A DNA stretch of 64,000 nucleotides from an uncultured Candidatus Saccharibacteria bacterium (GCA_964601935.1 CAZROP010000001.1:20127-84126), one strand, 5' to 3'; shown: positions 26,141-36,283, numbered from the stretch's first letter. The notes: a model not told the origin generated them from the sequence alone. Program-made: numbers and translations.

Positions 26141-29140
26141 CTATCCATTACGGATTTTATCAACTAATTGTATAAAGTTACATTTTTTCGGATCCGGAGC
26201 GTGCTGCCAGTATTCACCTGACCGGATGTACTGCGCCATATGCTGTAGAAACAGTTCAAGTTCATCAATCTCTGCCTCATCAATTGTAAAGCGCTCTACC
26301 ACAAACTGCCCTGATTCCTTTGGCTCTACAAAATGCAGCACAGCATCATCCAGCTGATACGCACCCTCGCGGAAATAACGCAGCAACAGTTTGTAAAACT
26401 GCAACTGGCGGTAATAATTACCATCACTGGTTTTTGTCGCGCCTATGATATCATTACGACTTTTTGATTTGCCTGTTTTGAAATCAATCACGCGCACCCG
26501 TGAATCTGAATTACCTACAAATTCAAATCGATCAAGCGCACCCGACAGAGTGACATCAGCGCTTGGTAAAACTACTCCATTAATACGAAATTCAGAAAAA
26601 CCGCGTGTCTCCCATATGCCGTCATGCTCCTGGTACCATAATGGCAGCGTGCGCTCTGCCTGGGCACAGAGCCGTAGGTAGTCTGCATCAGCAACCGGCT
26701 CGCGACCTAACCTGGTACGAAATACTTGAACGAATCCTTCACTATTCAAAACCTCGCCTTGCGATGCTGATTTATATAATTGCTCTATCGCATAATGAAC
26801 AGCTGTTCCATACATCAGATTCGCTGATTGTAACTCTGGAATACGGATCAGATTTTTGCAGATATACTCCCAAGGATCTGCTAAAAAGTTATTCAAATGT
26901 GTCGCAGCGATAGGTCGAGACTCAAACAACGACAGTATGTATTCGTGAAATTCTTTTTGGGTATCAGTAGTTATACTAGGCACAGCAAGCTGTCGCTGTA
27001 ATAAATCTGTCTGATATTGCTCAACCAGGTCTGATACATCGACAGAAGTAATATGATTAGCATCCAGTTGCGATATAAACTGTGATGGCACCAATTCTCG
27101 ACCCTCTCCTGATCGTTCTGCATAAGATAGATGTAAGGCACTGCGTGCACGAGTTAGTGCGACAAAGAGCAGACGCCTCTCATCCCCATTTGATTCGTTA
27201 CCAGGAACACCATCGAATACTCTATCCAATATCTTTATGACATCTCTATTGGGGCGATTCCCCCATTTGCCGTCCACCAACATTGGAATATACACATGAT
27301 CGAATTCGAGCCCTTTTGATCGGTGTGCAGTCATGATGCGCACAGACCCAGTTCGTCCTCCCTGGACTGTGAGTTTTAACTTTTTCCCATGCGACTCTAA
27401 TGTGTCCAGATACTCTACGTATTCGCGGAATGTGCCACCCTCGGACGTGTGTACGAATCCAACGACATCATTGAACAATACTTGCAGCGCTGCAATATCC
27501 GAAGCCAGCTGATTGGATTGTAGATAATTAAATATCCCCAATCCATCAATAACAGACTGGAATACCACACTCGCATGATCTATCTGGGCAGATACATGCC
27601 AATTCATAATACGGTCTGCGAATGTCATGCATAGCTTGGGCTTGGTTACGCCAACCTTTTTCAATTCTAGTCCATCGGATAACAGATCTACCATGGTTGT
27701 GGTCTTTTTCTGGCTGGACGACCTGACGATACGCGCTACATCGATCGATGGAATGGTACACCACGGAGTATAGAGCATACGAGACAATGCTACGTTGTTA
27801 TGCGGGTCTTTGATAACCTGGAACGTTGCAATGATATGCCTAATTATTGGCGATTGCAAAATATCAATATCAGACTCTAGGCAATTAGAAATTCCTGCAC
27901 GAGATAACTCTGAAGCAATAATAGCCCCGTCTGTATTAGTACGTGTTAGTACGGCAATTTCTTCTGCAGGAGTTCCAGCCTGTATCAAGCTGGATACCCC
28001 TTGCACCACACCATACAGTTCAGATCCCGTGTCAGGGTATATCGATAGCTGCGCCTGCACAGGCTGACGCTCTGCATATGATTGTAGCTGCACAGGACCA
28101 GGTAGTAACGCATGTGCAATATCGAGAACCGATTGGTTAGAGCGGTAATTACTAGACAGGTGAATAATAGTAGCATTAGGATATTTTGCATGAAATCCAT
28201 AAAAGTATTCTGGTGATGCGCCCTGGAATCGATATACGGATTGTTTGTCATCACCTACTACAAAGATATTGGGGTTATCGTGGAAACTACCTACCAACTC
28301 CACGATACGATTCTGTACATTATTAGTATCCTGATATTCATCTACCAATATGTACTGATATTCCTCCTGAAGCCCTAGTAGAAATTCTGGATCTGATTCA
28401 CATACATTTACCAGCTCTGTAATCATGTCGGTGAAATCATACAGCTTTGCCTCGCGCATTGCAGCATCAAATCGTTCATACAGAGATACTAGTTCTAGGT
28501 TTTTTTCTATTTGTTTTTTCAGGTTAACATAGTCGGACTTCATTTTGCCTTTATGAACACCTTTTTCGTGGTGCAAATCATCGATACGATCAAAATCTGT
28601 CTGCGCATCAGTGACATGTCGCAACAATTGGGCTGGCGATATATGTTCGCGTTTCAGTGTATCAATAGCCGACAAAACACCATCGACATAGGCGGTATAA
28701 CTGTCATACCAGCGGATATAGACACCCATGTGCGAGCGCAACAATGACTCCACAATGCGAAGCTTGTCTACATCAGTAGCGAGTTGTGAACCCATAATAC
28801 GCGGGAATGATTCTGGATGTTCGGTGATAAGTTTCTGTGCTAACCCATGGAATGTATGCACATGTACCTCGTAGGCGTGTGACCCCATCATACGCGCCAA
28901 ACGTTTGCGCATATTACCTGCGGCAGATTCAGTAAACGTCAGCGCCAGAATAGCATCAGCCGGCGTATCAGTTGTGCGTACGATATTGGCGATACGCAAT
29001 GACAGAATTTGTGTTTTGCCAGTACCCGGACCAGCAAACACCATCACAGGACCATCCACTGTATCGACTGCCTGACGCTGTTGCGGGTTCAGCCGACGGT
29101 ACTGTTCATCGAATATACTAGTATCAGAAGTAGTAGGCAT
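26141..29140 (-). CDS. UvrD/PcrA-family superfamily-I helicase fused to a C-terminal PD-(D/E)xK (RecB-like) nuclease domain
   Basis: Walker A 'FAGPGTGKT'. Other helicase motifs: 'VDEYQDTN', 'TAHRSKGLEFD'. C-terminal 'VIDFKTGKSKS...YYRQLQFYKLLL' is nuclease-like (D...K...QxxY). Start set at MPTTSD (29140). An in-frame upstream extension to 29269 would add a Gly/Trp/Arg-rich peptide encoded by a GC-rich tract and is probably not real. Confidence 0.7.
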   Translation of the reverse strand: MPTTSDTSIFDEQYRRLNPQQRQAVDTVDGPVMVFAGPGTGKTQILSLRIANIVRTTDTPADAILALTFTESAAGNMRKRLARMMGSHAYEVHVHTFHGLAQKLITEHPESFPRIMGSQLATDVDKLRIVESLLRSHMGVYIRWYDSYTAYVDGVLSAIDTLKREHISPAQLLRHVTDAQTDFDRIDDLHHEKGVHKGKMKSDYVNLKKQIEKNLELVSLYERFDAAMREAKLYDFTDMITELVNVCESDPEFLLGLQEEYQYILVDEYQDTNNVQNRIVELVGSFHDNPNIFVVGDDKQSVYRFQGASPEYFYGFHAKYPNATIIHLSSNYRSNQSVLDIAHALLPGPVQLQSYAERQPVQAQLSIYPDTGSELYGVVQGVSSLIQAGTPAEEIAVLTRTNTDGAIIASELSRAGISNCLESDIDILQSPIIRHIIATFQVIKDPHNNVALSRMLYTPWCTIPSIDVARIVRSSSQKKTTTMVDLLSDGLELKKVGVTKPKLCMTFADRIMNWHVSAQIDHASVVFQSVIDGLGIFNYLQSNQLASDIAALQVLFNDVVGFVHTSEGGTFREYVEYLDTLESHGKKLKLTVQGGRTGSVRIMTAHRSKGLEFDHVYIPMLVDGKWGNRPNRDVIKILDRVFDGVPGNESNGDERRLLFVALTRARSALHLSYAERSGEGRELVPSQFISQLDANHITSVDVSDLVEQYQTDLLQRQLAVPSITTDTQKEFHEYILSLFESRPIAATHLNNFLADPWEYICKNLIRIPELQSANLMYGTAVHYAIEQLYKSASQGEVLNSEGFVQVFRTRLGREPVADADYLRLCAQAERTLPLWYQEHDGIWETRGFSEFRINGVVLPSADVTLSGALDRFEFVGNSDSRVRVIDFKTGKSKSRNDIIGATKTSDGNYYRQLQFYKLLLRYFREGAYQLDDAVLHFVEPKESGQFVVERFTIDEAEIDELELFLQHMAQYIRSGEYWQHAPDPKKCNFIQLVDKIRNG

Positions 29141-29345
29141 ATGGGAGTAGTGTAGCACGCCGTGCAAAGACACAAACCCCACCCTAACCCTCCCCTTTTC
29201 TAGGGGAGGGAACCTGCAGGAACGGCTGCGAGCCGCCCTCCACCACCCCATTCCCCAACCACTTGACACAGCGCAATTAGTCAGTACTATATAACTTCGT
29301 TTTAGAAACAGTTATTTATTAACCTTATTCAAACATCTTTCGCAT

Positions 29346-29630
29346 ATGGCAAAGATCAAGAATCACAAATCAGGGGCAGCAGCTACAGTAGCCCCAAAAA
29401 CTGCGTTGCAAAGGCTTCAAGAGATGGAAGCTAGTTCGTGTAAAAACATACAGGCGACTTTGCAACTAATCTTGCAGGCTTGCTATTCCGCCAAAAGAAA
29501 CCCTATCCTTAAAAGGGTGGACTTCCAAAAATTGAAAACACATCTCGGTGTTGAAGTATTCAAAAGAGAACAAACTTATATAGCTTCATTTTTTGAAGCC
29601 CTCCACAAACAACACCAGCCAGCGAGTTAA
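29346..29630 (+). CDS. Hypothetical small protein
   Basis: 94-aa ORF followed by a clear hairpin terminator (29649-29682). Confidence 0.3.
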   Translation: MAKIKNHKSGAAATVAPKTALQRLQEMEASSCKNIQATLQLILQACYSAKRNPILKRVDFQKLKTHLGVEVFKREQTYIASFFEALHKQHQPAS

Positions 29631-29777
29631 TTCATAACCTTAACTATTCTAAGCACAAAGAAACTCCAACAGTACTCGCTATTCGTACTGTTGGGGTTTT
29701 AATATTCCGGCGGCGAATGGATGCTGGCGTGCGAGATACTGGTATCTCGCCGCCGGAATCCTCCACAGATCTCTGAG

Positions 29778-30731
29778 CTACTTCTTCAACCTCACCACAT
29801 TTTCTATCACTTGAATCATTCCATCTTTTTCTAATCCCTGTACCGCCTTTGCTATTCTATCGTCCTGCGGATCAATAATACCCACCATATTCGCAATCTC
29901 AGAAACTGCGATAGTATCGTGCTGCAGCAACCACTTCACAATACCCGAACGCACCTGTCGTACCGAACCCTCGAATCGTGACTGACGCGTGTAGTGCTTG
30001 CTTTGTGTATTAGGGTTGGACTTCAAAATCTTGGGCAATGTTGCGCCGTAATCCATCATCGCCCAATAAAACTCTCGTGGTGCGAAGGCTAGCCCTAGGT
30101 CTTTGGGCTTCCCTCTTGTGCCTATAGGATTCGCGAGAGGAGGGTTAGGGAGGAGTCGCTGCATCAGATTATCTACAATCTCTTTCATTTTTTCCAAGAC
30201 CTCTTTATCGCTCACCTCTTCTCTCTCGTTAAAAAAATGATGAATCATCACACGGCGAATATTAGTCTCTACGAATATTTCTGGCTCATTCCATACAAAG
30301 GCTCTCACTGCACCGGCAGTATACGGACCGATACTAGGCAATGATTCGAGCGCTGCACGATCCTGAGGAAATGTGCCATTATATTGGGACACTACTACTC
30401 GTGCCAACTGTCCCAAGCGCAATCCACGATTGTTATAACCTAAACCCTGCCAGGCACGCAGAATGTCTTCGTTGGTAGCTTTTGCGAGAGTCATTACATC
30501 AGGAAATAACTGCATCCACTTTTCAAAGTATCCGATTACTCGCGCAACCTGTGTCTGCTGCAGCATAACTTCTGAAACTACAATGTGGTAGGGTGTCAGA
30601 TATTTCCCCTGTCGCCACGGCAAATCATGGCGACCATTCTGTGCGTAGTAGTTTGCCAAAATATCTAAAAATTCATCCATAAATATCATAGTACACACTA
30701 CGTGTCGAATCTCAAGACGCATATCAATCAC
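29778..30731 (-). CDS. HhH-GPD base-excision DNA glycosylase (MutY/Nth-like), apparently lacking the 4Fe-4S cysteine cluster
   Basis: 'LPWRQ...YHIVVSEVMLQQTQV...GLGYNNRGLRL' are the helix-hairpin-helix GPD motifs of the EndoIII/MutY family. No C-x6-C-x2-C-x5-C cluster is present. Confidence 0.6.
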   Translation of the reverse strand: MIDMRLEIRHVVCTMIFMDEFLDILANYYAQNGRHDLPWRQGKYLTPYHIVVSEVMLQQTQVARVIGYFEKWMQLFPDVMTLAKATNEDILRAWQGLGYNNRGLRLGQLARVVVSQYNGTFPQDRAALESLPSIGPYTAGAVRAFVWNEPEIFVETNIRRVMIHHFFNEREEVSDKEVLEKMKEIVDNLMQRLLPNPPLANPIGTRGKPKDLGLAFAPREFYWAMMDYGATLPKILKSNPNTQSKHYTRQSRFEGSVRQVRSGIVKWLLQHDTIAVSEIANMVGIIDPQDDRIAKAVQGLEKDGMIQVIENVVRLKK

Positions 30732-30793
30732 TGGTTATCCACAAATTATATCCCGAGCCGCAACTTGGCCCCCATACAGACGCTATAATATAT

Positions 30794-31912
30794 TTGTATA
30801 TGAAAACACCCTACCTAGTATCTCTCATTGTATTACTCGCGACCGGCACCTACGCCCTCGCTCAACTCACCCCACCTCTCCAAACACCTACCTGTAGTCC
30901 TACATCAGCAGGGTGTCAGATAGCACCTCCTATCAATGCAGGAACATATTATCAGGAGAAGAAGTCTAATGTGGTGGTACGTTTGCCTGTTGCATCTTCA
31001 AGTATTCTTCCCTTCTTGGATCCTACATGGAATCCTGTACTACAGAACTATCCTGCAGCGACTCCTTCTCATTTTGGGTTTGATACTAACGGTTATGTAC
31101 GTGGACAGGGTGTGATTGCGAATAAAACGTTGAAGGTTGGAAAGGATTGGGTTATTACAACACCGAATACACCTCCTGTGGGCGAGTTGTTTATTCCTTA
31201 TGCGTCGGAACCGCAAACTAGTACCGTCTCAGAGCGACCTCTCTGTGTAGTCAAGGGTACCGGCCTCATAAAAAGGTGTGTATCTGCAACGACTGTAGCA
31301 GAACCATCAGTTAACGTCACGGCATCTACAACAGCACTGGGTAGTGCTGGAGGTAATGTTACCTACACATGGACATCTACGAATACAGACTCCTGTGGAT
31401 TCATAAATGGCCCATCATATATCAGTTATGTGCCCGGAGGAACACCTAGCAATACATCCGGCAGCGTTGCGATGGCATATCCTGCAAACTCTTCAGGAGC
31501 ACATCGGCAGTACAAATTCGGAGTCTATTGTTACAAGGCTGTAACAGGTGGCGCCAACAAAACAGTTATTGATGACGTAGCACTGACTGTATTCGGCAGC
31601 ACTCCACCACCGCCATTACCTACCGTAACGGTTCTAACTCCTATCGAAAGCCATGATCTTGATAACCCAAATACGCCGTTTACTGTGCAGTATGAAGTAG
31701 CCAATGCAACATCATGTGCATACTCATGGAATACTCGACCTGCTAGCAGTACATTTACTCCTGTTAGTCAAACAACACCGACAAATGGTATCTATTCACT
31801 AACTCTAAACCTATTACCTGCGGGTCCTAGTACTCATTACGGGGTGAACATAACCTGTACCAACAGTACAGGTAGTACCACCCAGTGGTATCGAATTTAC
31901 TACGGAATATAG
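30794..31912 (+). CDS. Secreted Thr/Ser-rich protein, paralog A of a tandem pair
   Basis: Signal peptide MKTPYLVSLIVLLATGTYALA. The first 426 nt are identical to the downstream paralog. Divergent Cys-containing Thr/Ser-rich C-terminal half. Confidence 0.55.
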   Translation: MYMKTPYLVSLIVLLATGTYALAQLTPPLQTPTCSPTSAGCQIAPPINAGTYYQEKKSNVVVRLPVASSSILPFLDPTWNPVLQNYPAATPSHFGFDTNGYVRGQGVIANKTLKVGKDWVITTPNTPPVGELFIPYASEPQTSTVSERPLCVVKGTGLIKRCVSATTVAEPSVNVTASTTALGSAGGNVTYTWTSTNTDSCGFINGPSYISYVPGGTPSNTSGSVAMAYPANSSGAHRQYKFGVYCYKAVTGGANKTVIDDVALTVFGSTPPPPLPTVTVLTPIESHDLDNPNTPFTVQYEVANATSCAYSWNTRPASSTFTPVSQTTPTNGIYSLTLNLLPAGPSTHYGVNITCTNSTGSTTQWYRIYYGI

Positions 31913-32097
31913 TAATGGTGAGTAATCTACTCACTGATTCCTTACAAAACAGCCTCAACTTCTGAGGCTGTTTTGTTTGGTATAGAGAAATCTATTATCA
32001 ATAAAGGTTATTACTGTTTCAGTTACAACTTTATCCACAAACAGAGGAATCCTGGAACAACTATTGAGTAATGGAACACGTTATACTGTATCTACCT

Positions 32098-33315
32098 ATG
32101 AAAACACCCTACCTAGTATCTCTCATTGTATTACTCGCGACCGGCACCTACGCCCTCGCTCAACTCACCCCACCTCTCCAAACACCTACCTGTAGTCCTA
32201 CATCAGCAGGGTGTCAGATAGCACCTCCTATCAATGCAGGAACATATTATCAGGAGAAGAAGTCTAATGTGGTGGTACGTTTGCCTGTTGCATCTTCAAG
32301 TATTCTTCCCTTCTTGGATCCTACATGGAATCCTGTACTACAGAACTATCCTGCAGCGACTCCTTCTCATTTTGGGTTTGATACTAACGGTTATGTACGT
32401 GGACAGGGTGTGATTGCGAATAAAACGTTGAAGGTTGGAAAGGATTGGGTTATTACAACACCGAATACACCTCCTGTGGGCGAGTTGTTTATTCCTTATG
32501 CGTCGGATCATCAGACAAACGCAAAGTCAGAAAAGGTTCTCTGCGTCGCAAAGGGAACGGGTCTAATAAAACAGTGTAGCCCTGCAACAGTCCCAACCCA
32601 GGGAACAACTGCCAGCACACCACTGACTGCAACATTAACAGCATCACAATCAACTGTCACAACGACTGTACCCAGCTCTATTTTGACCTGGACATCAACA
32701 GGCGCTACTGAATGTTATCCGGTGAGTGGATGGGGGTTTGATTTTAATACTCGCGCAATATCAGGGACAGAAACAGTGACTCTTACCAACCCCACATCAC
32801 TGTTCGGCGATAACTCGACATTTATTGTAGCCTGTACGAATGCAGCACAGAACGTGGTCTTTGCCTCTACCAAAATTAATGCTGACCTACGTCCTGTTAT
32901 AGGTACATTCTGTGCAACACCGTATAAAAACCTTGGATCAGGTTGGCAGCCTACAGGGGGATGTACCAAAGTCATAAATGGTGCGTACGACAATAACGAA
33001 TACTTTGTTACTCACCTGAACGTGACCAGCCCTAATGGGTCACCAGTACAATGTAAAGCGCGAACAGTTGCTAGTAATATTGCAGGATCTAACACGTGGA
33101 GCTTCCTCGCAAGTGGTGTGTGGACGACATCAAAGACTGTACCAACAGGGGTAATCGTCAGTGGCGGCACACCTAATGCTTGTCTGAATGGCTGTCAGTA
33201 TGATGAAATTGTCTCTGCTCCTTATACTTCTGCACAACTGCAAGTAGAATGCACCAATACTGCAGGAACATCTGGCGATAGCATCATTCTTACCACAGGA
33301 CTATCTACTGATTAG
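32098..33315 (+). CDS. Secreted Thr/Ser-rich protein, paralog B of a tandem pair
   Basis: Same 142-aa N-terminus as paralog A, then an unrelated C-terminal half. Start placed at the Met that begins the identical block. Confidence 0.55.
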   Translation: MKTPYLVSLIVLLATGTYALAQLTPPLQTPTCSPTSAGCQIAPPINAGTYYQEKKSNVVVRLPVASSSILPFLDPTWNPVLQNYPAATPSHFGFDTNGYVRGQGVIANKTLKVGKDWVITTPNTPPVGELFIPYASDHQTNAKSEKVLCVAKGTGLIKQCSPATVPTQGTTASTPLTATLTASQSTVTTTVPSSILTWTSTGATECYPVSGWGFDFNTRAISGTETVTLTNPTSLFGDNSTFIVACTNAAQNVVFASTKINADLRPVIGTFCATPYKNLGSGWQPTGGCTKVINGAYDNNEYFVTHLNVTSPNGSPVQCKARTVASNIAGSNTWSFLASGVWTTSKTVPTGVIVSGGTPNACLNGCQYDEIVSAPYTSAQLQVECTNTAGTSGDSIILTTGLSTD

Positions 33316-33332
33316 GCTCATAATTAAATATA

Positions 33333-33363
33333 AAACCCCTCGCACTTGCGAGGGGTTTTATTT
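33333..33363. terminator. Bidirectional hairpin terminator between paralog B and typA
   Basis: AAACCCCTCGCACTTGCGAGGGGTTTTATTT, a GC stem flanked by A/T runs on both sides. Confidence 0.6.
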
Positions 33364-33396
33364 CATGACTTACAACTTCAAATTAAAGTAACTATA

Positions 33397-35193
33397 TTAC
33401 TTAGATCTTCCACCACGTGCACGCTCTGATTCTGTCAGATACTGCTTGCGCAAACGTACAGATTTTGGTGTGATCTCTAACAACTCATCATCTTTCATAA
33501 CCTCCAAGCCTCGTTCGATACTCAACGTATACGGGGGTACGAGGTTAATCGCCTCGTCGTTACCACTCGAACGAACATTGGACTGGTTCTTACCTTTTAT
33601 AGGGTTTACCGTCATTTCTTCTCCCTTGCTCGTGTTTCCAATAACCATTCCTTCGTATACCGGCTCTGCGTGACCAATATAGAGCAGTCCGCGATCCTGT
33701 AAATTCCACAGGGCATACCCTGCAGCAACTCCTGAAATCATAGAAATCATAGATCCAGCAATATGTTTTTTGATTTCACCTGCATGAGGACGGAATGCCA
33801 AGAAACGAGCAGCAATGATACCGAGCCCCTTTGTCGCAACAACAAACTCTCCACGATAACCAATCAGTCCGCGTGTAGGAATTTCGAATGTAAGACGTGT
33901 TGTTTTATCGCGTTCTTCCATATTCATCAGCATGCCTTTGCGGCGATTCACTGTATCAATAATTCCTCCAGAAAATTCTGTAGGAACATCAATAGTCAAC
34001 TCTTCGTACGGCTCAGTGATACTACCATCTTCCTCTCTCCGTGTTATTGCTTGTGGCTGAGACACTGCCATTTCGAATCCTTCGCGACGCATTTGCTCCA
34101 ACAACACAGCTATATGCAGCTCACCACGTCCACAGAGCAGTGCATTACCGTCCTCGAATGTGATTCTCATACCAACGTTCGTTTCCAATTCTCGTTCTAA
34201 TCGTTCTTTAATCTGGCGCCCTGTTACAAATTTGCCCTCCTTTCCAGCGAACGGAGAGTCATTTGCCATAACCACCACTGATATGGTTGGCTCATCAATA
34301 GCAATAGACGGTAACAAAGGCGTGTCGAGGTCGGTTACGATCGTCTCTCCAATCATTGCGTTAGCATTTCCTGCTATTACTCCAATATCACCTGCTGATA
34401 ATACCGGAACAGCTTCACGCTCAATGCCGCGAAATGAGTAGAGTTTTGTAATACGGAATGTTGTCTTGCTGCCATTCCCATCAACTGAGTGTACCTGAGA
34501 GCCGTCTTTTATAGACCCCTGGTACACGCGCGCTACAGACAAACGACCCAAGAAATTATCATAACCCAGAGAAAAGGTCTGAGCCTGAAATGGTAAGTCA
34601 ACAGTTAGCGCTGCGTTTGAAGTATGCTCCAACACAGTGTCCAGCAATGGTGAAAGATCAACTTTATCATCATTCAGATTCTTCATCGCAACTCCCTCGC
34701 GACCGATTGCATATACGACAGGAAATTCTATTTGATGATCGTCAGCCCCTAATTCCAGGAATAATTCGAGTACAGCATCCAGCGTAGCTGCCGGGTTTGC
34801 TGCTGGCTTGTCAATTTTGTTCAATACCACAATAGGTCGCAATCCTAATTCCAAAGATTTCTTTAACACAAAACGTGTCTGAGGCATGGGGCCTTCCTGG
34901 GCATCTACCAGAAGTAGCACAGTATCAATAGAGCGTAGTACACGCTCTACCTCGGATCCGAAATCAGCGTGACCCGGTGTGTCTACAATATTTATTTTTA
35001 TATCTTTCCATACCAGCGAGGTATTTTTTGCATAAATAGTAATACCTCTCTCCCCTTCCAGCTGATTACTGTCCATGGTACTACCCTCGTTCCATACACC
35101 ACAAAACTGCATTAGCTTGTCAGTAAGCGTGGTCTTGCCGTGGTCAACATGGGCAATAATTGCAATATTTCTAATATCAGAGAATTGTGACAT
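33397..35193 (-). CDS. typA: Translational GTPase TypA/BipA
   Basis: 'IAIIAHVDHGKTTLTD' G1 motif; EF-G-like domain order; 598 aa, typical of BipA. Confidence 0.9.
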   Translation of the reverse strand: MSQFSDIRNIAIIAHVDHGKTTLTDKLMQFCGVWNEGSTMDSNQLEGERGITIYAKNTSLVWKDIKINIVDTPGHADFGSEVERVLRSIDTVLLLVDAQEGPMPQTRFVLKKSLELGLRPIVVLNKIDKPAANPAATLDAVLELFLELGADDHQIEFPVVYAIGREGVAMKNLNDDKVDLSPLLDTVLEHTSNAALTVDLPFQAQTFSLGYDNFLGRLSVARVYQGSIKDGSQVHSVDGNGSKTTFRITKLYSFRGIEREAVPVLSAGDIGVIAGNANAMIGETIVTDLDTPLLPSIAIDEPTISVVVMANDSPFAGKEGKFVTGRQIKERLERELETNVGMRITFEDGNALLCGRGELHIAVLLEQMRREGFEMAVSQPQAITRREEDGSITEPYEELTIDVPTEFSGGIIDTVNRRKGMLMNMEERDKTTRLTFEIPTRGLIGYRGEFVVATKGLGIIAARFLAFRPHAGEIKKHIAGSMISMISGVAAGYALWNLQDRGLLYIGHAEPVYEGMVIGNTSKGEEMTVNPIKGKNQSNVRSSGNDEAINLVPPYTLSIERGLEVMKDDELLEITPKSVRLRKQYLTESERARGGRSK

Positions 35194-35273
35194 AGCTGTT
35201 CTAAACTATCATACACAGGCAGTATTGTCAAAACAGCGAAGGATTACACCCTGCTATCAATAAGGTGTGTTTA

Positions 35274-36155
35274 CTACATCTGGTGTAGCCGTGCTATACG
35301 TTCCTCCACAGGAGGATGTGACGCCAGTAATCGTGCAGGTGCCAGCGAACCGAATGGATTACTAATATACATATGGGCTGTCGCCGTATGAGCATGCTCC
35401 AGAGGATGATCATAACTACTGATTTTACTCAACGCATTCGCCAATCCACGAGGGTTACCGGTGATCAGTGCACCGGTACTATCTGCCAGGTACTCTCGCT
35501 TTCGTGATACTGCAGCTACAATCATTGCTGCGCCTATCTGCGCCAGTATTCCTGACACGATTACTGCAACGAATCCCAGAATTCCGCGACTATCATCATC
35601 TCCTAATAATGCATTTCTACCGAGCATGTCAGCCACAATTGCGACAAACCCTGCAACAATGGTCGCCACCGACATCAATAATATATCTTTGTTTCCAATG
35701 TGCGCCAATTCATGGGCTATTACTCCTGCAAACTCTTCTTGATCCAAACGTTGTATTAAACCTACAGTCACCGCAACAGCGCTATGATCTTTATTACGAC
35801 CCGTTGCAAATGCGTTAGGCGCTTGGTCTGGAATTATGTAGAGGCGCGGCATAGGCAGTTGGGCACGCATGGTTAACTCGCGTACAGTGCGATAATAGTT
35901 GGGATATTCTAATTCTGTAGCCAACTCAGCACCTGCCATTCGTATAGCAATCTTATCAGAAAACCAATATGATACGATATTCATTACTACAGAAAACCCT
36001 ATCATGATATAGAGAAGTGAAGGGTTCTGAAAACGAACTGATAGCCAATAACCAATGGCGATTACGACGACCAGAAACAATCCCATAATTGTATAGGTCT
36101 TTGTCGTAGCTGCAGCCTGGTGGGTAAATAACTTTGACTGTATAAATTGTGCCAT
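35274..36155 (-). CDS. htpX: M48-family zinc metalloprotease HtpX
   Basis: Two N-terminal TM helices, a 'HELAHIGNKD' HExxH motif and downstream Glu; 293 aa. Confidence 0.8.
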   Translation of the reverse strand: MAQFIQSKLFTHQAAATTKTYTIMGLFLVVVIAIGYWLSVRFQNPSLLYIMIGFSVVMNIVSYWFSDKIAIRMAGAELATELEYPNYYRTVRELTMRAQLPMPRLYIIPDQAPNAFATGRNKDHSAVAVTVGLIQRLDQEEFAGVIAHELAHIGNKDILLMSVATIVAGFVAIVADMLGRNALLGDDDSRGILGFVAVIVSGILAQIGAAMIVAAVSRKREYLADSTGALITGNPRGLANALSKISSYDHPLEHAHTATAHMYISNPFGSLAPARLLASHPPVEERIARLHQM

Positions 36156-36283
36156 ATGCCATCATTATACTTGAAAAGCTAGTAAAAAAGAATACACTAG
36201 GCTAGTTCTATACGAATCAGCAATTAGCAGATAATCAACGTTAGATCCTATATCTAGAGAGGATCGACACCTACTACAACCTT

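Noticed and set aside
26141-29269. Longer version of the helicase ORF, starting at 29269 with an N-terminus MSSGWGMGWWRAARSRSC...
   Set aside because: The extra 43 codons are encoded by the G/C-rich palindromic tract and have no helicase-like features. The Met at 29140 immediately precedes the conserved N-terminus. The longer form is kept only as an alternative.
32071-32097. Upstream extension MEHVILYLP of paralog B
   Set aside because: Identity with paralog A begins exactly at the downstream ATG (32098), which also precedes the signal peptide. The extension is probably not translated.
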